The position numbers and the translations under genes were made by a program. Shown here one piece after another: positions 1-6,830 of a stretch of DNA of 64,000 bases. The stretch's first letter is position 1. Each line of letters begins with the position of its first letter. The DNA comes from an uncultured Actinomycetota bacterium (lineage in GTDB: Bacteria; Actinomycetota; Actinomycetes; Mycobacteriales; CADCTP01). The stretch is taken from contig CAWKIV010000006.1 in assembly GCA_963849885.1 (NCBI GenBank), forward strand, positions 653,032-717,031, given 5' to 3'. Under the pieces are notes generated by a model. That model did no database searches. It worked only from the letters and a program-made list of their open reading frames with translations, and had not been told where the DNA came from.

Positions 1-68
1 ACCACCGCGAACCCGAGCAGTCCGTCCGACACGCCCGCAGCGTAGGCCCGCCGGGGCAGGATGGGCCC

Positions 69-947
69 GTGACGACGGTCGGTGCGGTCTTCCTGCCCCA
101 GTTCCCGCCCGAGCGGCTGCGCCCGGTCGCCGCGGCGGCCGACGCGGCCGGCCTGGCCCAGCTGTGGCTGTGGGAGGACTGCTTCTGGGAGAGCGGCATC
201 GCGGCCGCGGCGGCGGCGCTGGCCTGGACCGAGCGGCTGCAGGTCGGCGTCGGGCTGCTGCCGGTGCCGCTGCGCAACGTGGCGATCACCGCGATGGAGC
301 TGGCCACGCTGCACCGGCTCTTCCCGGGTCGGCCCGTCATCGGCGTCGGGCACGGCGTGCAGGACTGGATGGGTCAGGTCGGCGCGCGGGTCGAGTCGCC
401 GCTCACGCTGCTGCGGGAGCAGCTGGACGCGCTGCGGGCGCTGCTGGCCGGCGAGACGGTCAGCACGACCGGCCGGTACGTCCGGCTGGACGGGGTGGCG
501 CTGGACTGGCCGCCGGACCCGGCGCCGCCGGTGCTGGCCGGCGCCGAGGGCCCGCGCACGCTGCACCTGGTCGGCGGGCACGCCGACGGCACGATCCTCA
601 CCGGCGGCACGTCCCCGGCGGAGGTCACCCGGGCCCGGGAGCTGATCGAGGCCGGCCGCGCGGAGGCCGGCCGGACCGACCCGCACCAGGTGATCGTCTA
701 CCTGCTCGCCGCCGGCGGGCCGGACGCGCGGGCCCGGGTCGACGCCCAGCAGGAGCGCTGGGGCCGGTCGCCGAGCCCGGACGGGTCCGCGGCCGGGTCG
801 GTGGCCGACGTCGCCGAGCAGGTGGCCCGCTGGGCCGCGGCCGGCGCCGACACCGTGGTCCTGCAGCCGACCCAGGACGAGCCCGACCCCGCCGGCTTCG
901 TCGCCTTCGCCGCCGAGGTCGGCCGGGCGGTCACCCGCGCCGGCTGA
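69..947 (+). CDS. LLM-class (luciferase-like) F420/flavin-dependent oxidoreductase
   Basis: 292-aa ORF with a GTG start and near-saturated GC3. Sequence stretches (FLPQFPPERL, LWLWEDCFWESG, IGVGHGV, TILTGG) are typical of the luciferase-like monooxygenase family. Confidence 0.8.
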   Translation: MTTVGAVFLPQFPPERLRPVAAAADAAGLAQLWLWEDCFWESGIAAAAAALAWTERLQVGVGLLPVPLRNVAITAMELATLHRLFPGRPVIGVGHGVQDWMGQVGARVESPLTLLREQLDALRALLAGETVSTTGRYVRLDGVALDWPPDPAPPVLAGAEGPRTLHLVGGHADGTILTGGTSPAEVTRARELIEAGRAEAGRTDPHQVIVYLLAAGGPDARARVDAQQERWGRSPSPDGSAAGSVADVAEQVARWAAAGADTVVLQPTQDEPDPAGFVAFAAEVGRAVTRAG

Positions 948-980
948 CCGCGGTCGGGCGGTCACCCGCGCCGGCTGACC
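925..980. repeat. Perfect 25-bp direct repeat x2 (GGGCGGTCACCCGCGCCGGCTGACC), period 31
   Basis: Copies read directly at 925-949 and 956-980. Copy 1 holds the TGA stop (945-947) of the + gene. Copy 2 holds a second TGA (976-978, different frame) and the TCA (962-964) that ends the minus-strand ORF. Confidence 0.9.
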
Positions 981-1363
981 GGCCCGTCCGCGCGGCGGGC
1001 GACCACCACGATCTCCGGGCTGGTGTCGGTGAGCGGGCCGCGCTGCCAGTCGCCGTAGCACTCGACGACGACCAGCCCCGCCCCGGCCAGGAACCGGTCC
1101 AGCTCCGGCCGGCCGAGGAACCGCAGCACGCCCGGATCCACCTGCCGGCGCCAGCGGCCGCCGTCCGTGGTCTCGGTGAAGCTGACCAGGTCCCCCTCGA
1201 CGGCCACCACCTCGTACGACACCCGAACCCGCGCCCCCTCGTAGGTGAGCTCGAAGGCGGTGCCGTGCCAGTCCTCCCAGGCCCGCGCGCCCGGGTTGCG
1301 GGTCTCGAAGGCGACCCGTCCGGCCGGGCGTCCTCGACGTCGGCGTAGCTCACGGGCGCCGGC
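962..1363 (-). pseudogene. C-terminal remnant of a class I SAM-dependent methyltransferase
   Basis: The stop-to-stop frame reads GRVAFETRNPGARAWEDWHGTAFEL...LRFLGRPELDRFLAGAGLVVVECYGDW...EIVVVARR, which resembles only the C-terminal half of actinobacterial class I methyltransferases. There is no N-terminal Rossmann/GxGxG part. The frame opens directly after the stop of the neighbouring DinB gene, and the only start candidate is an internal GTG at 1222. Confidence 0.5.
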
Positions 1364-1870
1364 TCACTCGCCGGTCTGGCCGTCGATCCGCTCCCGGATC
1401 AGGTCGGCGTGGCCGTTGTGCCGGGCGTACTCGCCGACCAGCTTCTGCAGGTTCCAGCGCAGGCTGTAGCCGTTGCCGGCGCCGACGGAGCCCAGCTCGG
1501 CGTGCTCGGCGATCCGCTCGTCGGCGGCCTGCCTCTCCCGCGCCCAGGCGGCCATCGAGTCCGCCGCCATCGACGCGTCCGCGTCGATGTCCCACTCCGG
1601 GCCGTCGTCGGTGTACTCGCCCCAGACCCAGTGCAGCTCCGCCTTCGGCCCCAGCGCCCAGCTGCCGTACGCCCGCTCCATCTCGGTCAGGTGCCGGACC
1701 AGGCCGAGCAGGGACAGCGGCGACGGCGGCGCGGACCGGGTGACCAGCTGCTCGGCGTCGAGCCCGGCGCACTTGGCCTCGAGGGCGTTGCGGTGGAAGG
1801 CGAGCCAGCCGAGCAGGACGCTGCGCTCGTCCCCGTCGGGTGGCTCCGGCACGCGGGTCATGGCGCTCAT
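1364..1870 (-). CDS. DinB/DUF664 family protein
   Basis: The real gene is the last 168 aa of the 1364..2815 track ORF (MSAMTRVPEPPDGDERSVLLGWLAFHRNALEAKCAGL...HNGHADLIRE), a typical DinB-like four-helix-bundle pattern. ATG at 1870. The upstream part of the track ORF is out-of-frame overlap with the dioxygenase gene. Confidence 0.8.
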   Translation of the reverse strand: MSAMTRVPEPPDGDERSVLLGWLAFHRNALEAKCAGLDAEQLVTRSAPPSPLSLLGLVRHLTEMERAYGSWALGPKAELHWVWGEYTDDGPEWDIDADASMAADSMAAWARERQAADERIAEHAELGSVGAGNGYSLRWNLQKLVGEYARHNGHADLIRERIDGQTGE

Positions 1871-1969
1871 GCCGAGGGAGGATGGCACGGCCCGGCCCGT
1901 CCGTCGCCGGGATTCCGCCGGCTCGCCGGCCACGCGCCTTAGGCTGGCCCGGACGGGACAGGTGGTGCC

Positions 1970-2869
1970 ATGACCGAGGCCGGGGTCGCCCGCGAGGTCG
2001 ACCGGACGACGGTGACCGGGGAGGTGCTGCGGAGCTTCGCCGGCACCCGGGACGCCCGGCTGCGGCAGTGTCTCGAGGTGCTGACCCGCCACCTGCACGA
2101 CGCCGTCCGCGAGCTGGAGCCGACGCTGGCCGAGTGGCGGGCGGCGCTCGACTTCCTCACCGCGACCGGCCAGGCCTGCGACGACGTCCGGCAGGAGTTC
2201 GTCCTGCTGTCCGACGTGCTCGGCGTCTCCTCGCTGGTGGAGAGCCTGACCCGGCGGGCGCCGGGCGCCACCGAGCCGACCGTGCTCGGGCCGTTCCACC
2301 AGGTGGCCTCGCCGCCGCGGGCGCTCGGCGACTCGCTGGACGAGCTCGGCCAGGCCGACCGCGGGCTGGTCAGCGGCCGGGTGCTCGGCATCGACGGCCG
2401 GCCGGTCGCCGGCGCCCAGGTCGACGTGTGGCAGGCCGACGAGGCCGGCCGCTACGACGTCCAGGAGCCCGACCGGCAGCCGCCGGGCAACGGCCGCGGC
2501 CTGTTCACCGCGGACGGGGCGGGCCGGTTCCGGTTCACCACCGTCGTGCCCAGCGCCTACCCGATCCCCACCGACGGGCCGGTCGGCCGGCTGCTGCTGG
2601 CCACCGGGCGGCACCCGTACCGGCCGGCGCACATCCACTTCCTGGTCACCGCGGCCGGCTTCGCGCCGCTGACCACCCACCTCTTCGTGGCCGGCAGCCC
2701 GTACCTGGACTCGGACGCGGTCTTCGCGGTGAAGGCGAGCCTGGTCCGCGACTTCGCCCGGGTGGACGACCCGGACACGGCCGCCGCGCACGGGCTGCCC
2801 AACCCGTACCGGCACGCCTCGATCGACCTGGTGCTCGCCCCGGACGAGGCGGGACCGCGGCCGGGGTGA
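1970..2869 (+). CDS. Intradiol ring-cleavage dioxygenase (hydroxyquinol/catechol 1,2-dioxygenase type)
   Basis: 299 aa. Contains GPF...G.V.G.DG.P..GA.VDVWQAD..G.Y, YPIPTDGP and RPAHIHF motifs characteristic of intradiol dioxygenases. Confidence 0.9.
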   Translation: MTEAGVAREVDRTTVTGEVLRSFAGTRDARLRQCLEVLTRHLHDAVRELEPTLAEWRAALDFLTATGQACDDVRQEFVLLSDVLGVSSLVESLTRRAPGATEPTVLGPFHQVASPPRALGDSLDELGQADRGLVSGRVLGIDGRPVAGAQVDVWQADEAGRYDVQEPDRQPPGNGRGLFTADGAGRFRFTTVVPSAYPIPTDGPVGRLLLATGRHPYRPAHIHFLVTAAGFAPLTTHLFVAGSPYLDSDAVFAVKASLVRDFARVDDPDTAAAHGLPNPYRHASIDLVLAPDEAGPRPG

Positions 2870-3924
2870 GCGGCTGGGAGGGCCGGTCCTTCGTCGTGCC
2901 GCCGCTGCCGACCCGGGTGGTCGCCGGCCCTGGCTCCCGGCGGGACGCGGGCGCCGAGCTGGCCCGGGCCGGGATCCGCCGGGTGCTGGTGCTCAGCACC
3001 CCGCGGGGACGGGCGGCGGCCGACGAGATCGCGGCCGGCGCGGTGGCCACCTTCGACGGCGCCCGCCGGCACGTCCCGGTCGAGGCGGTCGCCGCGGCCG
3101 AGGCGGCGGTCCGGCGGGCCCGCCCGGACGGGTGCCTGGCCGTCGGCGGCGGGTCCACCATCGGCCTGGCCAAGGCGCTGGCGCTGCGCGCCGGCCTGCC
3201 GTACGTCGCCGTCCCGACCACGCTGGCCGGCTCGGAGATGACGTCGATCTGGGGGCTGACCGAGGGCGGCCGGAAGGCCACCGGGCGGGACGAGCGGGTC
3301 CGGCCGGTCACCGCGGTCTACGACCCCGAGCTGCTCGCGTCCCTGCCGGTGCCGACCGCGGTGACCAGCGGCCTGAACGCGCTGGCGCACGCGGTCGAGG
3401 CGCTGTACGCCCCGGACGGCTCGCCGCTGGTGGACCTGCTGGCGACCGAGGGCGCGGCGGCGGTGACCGGGGCGCTGCGCGACCTGCTCGACAGTCAGGA
3501 CATCCAGGCCCGCGCCACCGCCCAGTACGGCGCCTGGCTGTGCGGGATCTGCCTGGGCGCGACCACCATGTCGCTGCACCACAAGCTCTGCCACCTGCTC
3601 GGCGGCCGGTACGACCTGCCGCACGCGGAGACCCATGCGACCGTGCTGCCGCACGTCATGGCCCTCCTGCTGCCCGCCGCGGACCGGGCCGACCGGCTGC
3701 TGGCCGGCGCGCTCGGCGACGACCGGCCGGAGCGGGTGGTGTGGGAGCTCGGCCGGTCCGCCGGCGACCTCTCGCTGCGCGCGCTCGGGCTGCCGGAAGG
3801 CGCGCTCGGCGAGGTCCGCGACCTGGTCCGGCGGGAGGTCGCCGACTCGGTGCCGGCGGCGGGGCTGGACGGCCTGCTGCGCGCCGCGTACCAGGGCGCG
3901 CCGCCGCGGCGGACCGTCACCTGA
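2866..3924 (+). CDS. Maleylacetate reductase (iron-containing alcohol dehydrogenase family)
   Basis: The GTG at 2866 overlaps the dioxygenase TGA (GTGA coupling). The sequence GGGSTIGLAKA...VPTTLAGSEMT...HHKLCHLLGG...PHAETHA is typical of maleylacetate reductases. It is in frame with the tail of track ORF 1840..3924. Confidence 0.85.
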   Translation: MSGWEGRSFVVPPLPTRVVAGPGSRRDAGAELARAGIRRVLVLSTPRGRAAADEIAAGAVATFDGARRHVPVEAVAAAEAAVRRARPDGCLAVGGGSTIGLAKALALRAGLPYVAVPTTLAGSEMTSIWGLTEGGRKATGRDERVRPVTAVYDPELLASLPVPTAVTSGLNALAHAVEALYAPDGSPLVDLLATEGAAAVTGALRDLLDSQDIQARATAQYGAWLCGICLGATTMSLHHKLCHLLGGRYDLPHAETHATVLPHVMALLLPAADRADRLLAGALGDDRPERVVWELGRSAGDLSLRALGLPEGALGEVRDLVRREVADSVPAAGLDGLLRAAYQGAPPRRTVT

Positions 3925-3982
3925 CCGGTGGACACTTCGGGCGAGCGGGTAGGGATCGGCACAACGGGGTACCGAGCCGACC

Positions 3983-4183
3983 ATGACCGAGCTCCCCCTG
4001 CACATCCTGACCGACGCCGGCTTCACCGCCGAGGAGGCCGACTCCGTGGTCCGGCACCTCAAGGCCGGGGTCAACCTGCACGACGACCGCCCGCAGACCG
4101 ACCGCATCGACGTCGAGGCGCTGCCCCCGGAGAAGAAGGACGCGGTGGACCGCTTCACCAAGGCGGTCGCCGCGGACGCGTGA
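3983..4183 (+). CDS. Small acidic hypothetical protein (66 aa)
   Basis: ATG start and essentially 100% G/C at third positions, which argues for real coding. No family recognised. Confidence 0.6.
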   Translation: MTELPLHILTDAGFTAEEADSVVRHLKAGVNLHDDRPQTDRIDVEALPPEKKDAVDRFTKAVAADA

Positions 4184-4225
4184 CCGGCCCCCGGCGGCAG
4201 GACGCGTGACCGGCCCCGGCGGCAC
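4175..4225. repeat. Tandem duplication (about 25-26 bp x2) of GACGCGTGACCGGCCCC(C)GGCGGCA
   Basis: Copies read directly at 4175-4200 and 4201-4225. Each contains a TGA (4181 is the stop of the 66-aa ORF; 4207 is in a different frame). Confidence 0.85.
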
Positions 4226-4239
4226 TAGGGTCCGGTGGC

Positions 4240-4968
4240 GTGAAGCTGCGTGAGGACGAGGTCCGGGTGCCGGCGCCGGACGGCGACATCCGGTCCGTGC
4301 TGATCGGGCCGGCCGGCGCCGGCCGGTGGCCCGGGGTGCTGCTCTACACCGACATCTTCCAGGTGACCGAGTCGACGCTGCGGACGGCGCGGCGGCTGGC
4401 CGCGGCCGGCTTCCTGGTCTGCGTGCCGGAGATCTACCCGCACGGCCCGCTGGCCGGGGTGGCGCTGGAGTTCGACGACGCCGGCAAGCAGGCCGGCCTG
4501 GCCGCGGCGAAGGCCACCACCACCGCTCAGTTCGACGCCGACCGGGTCGCGGTCCTGGACTTCCTGGCCGAGCGGGCGGACCCGCTGTTCGCCACCGGCT
4601 TCTGCCTGGGCGGGCACCTGGCCTTCCGGGCGGCGTTCGACCCGCGGGTGGCGGCGACGGTGTGCTTCTACCCGACCGGCCTGCACGACGGCGCGCTCGG
4701 CGCGGACGCCGACGCGGGCTCGCTGGCCCGGGCCGGCGACATCGGGGGCCGGCTGCTGGTCGTCCTCGGCTCCCGCGACCCGCACGTGCCGGCCGGCGCT
4801 CGGGTCGAGATCGTGACCGCGCTCTACGCGGCCGGCCTGGAGGACGTGGAGCTGCACGTCTACGCGGGCGGCGAGCACGCCTTCATGCGCGACGTCGGCG
4901 CCCGCCACGACCCCGTCCTGACCGACCTCGCGCTGGCCGAGGCGGTCTCCTTCCTCACCGGCCGCTGA
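4240..4968 (+). CDS. Dienelactone hydrolase family protein
   Basis: 242 aa. Alpha/beta-hydrolase pattern with a nucleophile motif GFCLGG and a C-terminal GGEHAF, as in dienelactone hydrolases. Adjacent to the dioxygenase and maleylacetate reductase genes. Confidence 0.85.
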   Translation: MKLREDEVRVPAPDGDIRSVLIGPAGAGRWPGVLLYTDIFQVTESTLRTARRLAAAGFLVCVPEIYPHGPLAGVALEFDDAGKQAGLAAAKATTTAQFDADRVAVLDFLAERADPLFATGFCLGGHLAFRAAFDPRVAATVCFYPTGLHDGALGADADAGSLARAGDIGGRLLVVLGSRDPHVPAGARVEIVTALYAAGLEDVELHVYAGGEHAFMRDVGARHDPVLTDLALAEAVSFLTGR

Positions 4969-4980
4969 GGGTCCCGGCGG

Positions 4981-5946
4981 CTACGGCGAGCCGAGGCGGG
5001 GCAGCACGTCGGCGCCGAAGACGTCGATGAACTCGTCGTCCTCGCCGACCGGGTGCAGGTAGAGCTCGGAGAAGCCGAGCTCCTGGTACGAGCGCAGCTC
5101 GTCGGCCAGCCGGCCCGCGTCCGAGGAGACCAGCACGTTGCGGGCCACCTCCTCCGGCGGGACGTGCCGGGTGGCCGCCTCGAACTGCTCCGGCGTCTCC
5201 AGCTCCCAGGCCAGGCTGGTCGGCAGGCAGTTGCTGCGCCACTTCTCGTGCGCCACCGCGAGCGCCTCGTCGTCGTCCCGGGCCCAGGACAGGTGCACCT
5301 GCAGGTGCAGGTCGCCCCGGCCGCCGGCGTCCCGGTACGCGTCCACCACCTTGCGCAGCAGCTCCGGCGGCTGGTTGACGGTGATCAGCCCGTCCGCCCA
5401 CCCGGCCGCCCAGGCCGCGGTCTCCGCGCTGATCGCGCCGGCCACCAGCCGCGGCGGCTCGTCCGGCAGCGTCCACACCCGGGCCCGGTCCACCACCACC
5501 AGCCCCCGGTGGGTGACCTCCTCGCCGCGCCACAGCGCCCGCATCACGTCGACGCACTCCCGCAGCCGCGCCATCCGCACGTCCTTGGTCGGCCAGGGGT
5601 CGCCGGTGACGTGCTCGTTGAGCGCCTCGCCGCTGCCGACCGCGACCCACGGGAAGCGGCCGGGGAACATCGCCGCCAGGGTGGCGAAGGCCTGCGCCGA
5701 GATGACCGGGTGGTAGCGCTGGCCGGGGGCGTGGAAGCAGCCCATCGGCACCCGCTCGGTCGCCTGCAGCGCGGCGCCGAGCCAGGCCCAGGTGAGCGCG
5801 GAGTGGCCCTGGCTGCGGCTCCACGGCGCCAGGTGGTCCGAGCACATCACCGCGTCGAAGCCGGCCTGCTCGGCGTGCACGGCGGAGGCCAACAGCTCCC
5901 GCGGGTGGGCCTGCTCGTGCTGCGCGTGGAATCCGATGAGCGGCAT
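4981..5946 (-). CDS. LLM-class F420-dependent oxidoreductase
   Basis: 321 aa. The sequence MPLIGFHAQHEQ...FDAVMCSDHLAPW...FPGRFPWVAVGSGEALNEHV is typical of the F420-dependent LLM subfamily related to G6P dehydrogenase. Confidence 0.85.
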   Translation of the reverse strand: MPLIGFHAQHEQAHPRELLASAVHAEQAGFDAVMCSDHLAPWSRSQGHSALTWAWLGAALQATERVPMGCFHAPGQRYHPVISAQAFATLAAMFPGRFPWVAVGSGEALNEHVTGDPWPTKDVRMARLRECVDVMRALWRGEEVTHRGLVVVDRARVWTLPDEPPRLVAGAISAETAAWAAGWADGLITVNQPPELLRKVVDAYRDAGGRGDLHLQVHLSWARDDDEALAVAHEKWRSNCLPTSLAWELETPEQFEAATRHVPPEEVARNVLVSSDAGRLADELRSYQELGFSELYLHPVGEDDEFIDVFGADVLPRLGSP

Positions 5947-6036
5947 GGCCCCCTCCTACCCCGGGCACCCCTCCGCCGTACCGCCGTCCGGCTCAGCCGA
6001 GCCAGTAGAAGCGCGCCCGGTGGGTAGGTCTCCACC

Positions 6037-6732
6037 ATGACCGCTTCTCCCGTCCTGGTGGCCCAGTGGGCGGCGTGCGGGATCGCCGCCGCCGCGGCCC
6101 GCTTCGTGCCGGTGCCGATGCTCGACGACGTGATCCGCGAGCGGGCGGCCCAGGTCGCGGTGAGCCGGACGCTGCGCGCGCACGGCCGGACCTACTCCTC
6201 CGAACGGGTGGAGCCGCTGTGGGCGGTCGCGGACGACGGCCGCGGGATCGGCCGGCGGGTCAAGGACATGTCGCTGAAGGTGCTGCTCTTCCCGGTCCGC
6301 CGGTACCACGCCCTCTTCGGCTCGGTCCGCGGCGTGCCGACCGACGTGATGGTGCTGCTGCTGCTGGCCCGCACCGTCGACCGCCGGCTGGACCGGGGCG
6401 ACCTGGCCGCGGACGCCGACCCGGACCGGCTGGCCGCGCAGGCGCGCGACATCCGCCAGGCGGTGGACCGGGCGCTGGACGGCATGGACCTGCGGATGCT
6501 CAGCGCCGGGCTCAGGGACGGCCTGTCCCAGGGCCGCGGCCTCAGCGCGGCCGCGGTGGCGTACGCGCGGCGCTGGTTCGTCAAGCGGGGCACCGAGCCG
6601 GACCTGCAGCCCGGCGGCGAGGTGTCCGCCGGGGCGCGGCGGATCGCCGACGTGCTCCGCCAGCCGGAGGTCGCCCAGCTGCTGGACCGCTTCGACGAGC
6701 AGGTGGACGGCGCCCTGGCCCGCGCGTCCTGA
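6037..6732 (+). CDS. Hypothetical protein
   Basis: 231-aa ORF with ATG start, high GC3 and balanced composition. No family recognised. Confidence 0.6.
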   Translation: MTASPVLVAQWAACGIAAAAARFVPVPMLDDVIRERAAQVAVSRTLRAHGRTYSSERVEPLWAVADDGRGIGRRVKDMSLKVLLFPVRRYHALFGSVRGVPTDVMVLLLLARTVDRRLDRGDLAADADPDRLAAQARDIRQAVDRALDGMDLRMLSAGLRDGLSQGRGLSAAAVAYARRWFVKRGTEPDLQPGGEVSAGARRIADVLRQPEVAQLLDRFDEQVDGALARAS

Positions 6733-6743
6733 CCGCGCGCCGC

Positions 6744-6800
6744 GGCCCGGATCTCGACGGGCCGGATCTCCGCCGACGGCCCGGATCTCGACGGGCCGGA
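6744..6800. repeat. 23-bp perfect direct repeat x2 (GGCCCGGATCTCGACGGGCCGGA), period 34
   Basis: Copies read directly at 6744-6766 and 6778-6800. An additional CCGGATCTC copy lies at 6762-6770. The repeat is intergenic, upstream of the lipoprotein gene start at 6831. Confidence 0.85.
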
Positions 6801-6830
6801 ACCGATCCGCCGGCGCCGCGTCCGAGAGGC

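Noticed and set aside
1-45. The possible 3' end of a + strand gene (frame 1 ends with TAG at 43-45)
   Set aside because: Only 14 codons are visible, which is too short to support a call.
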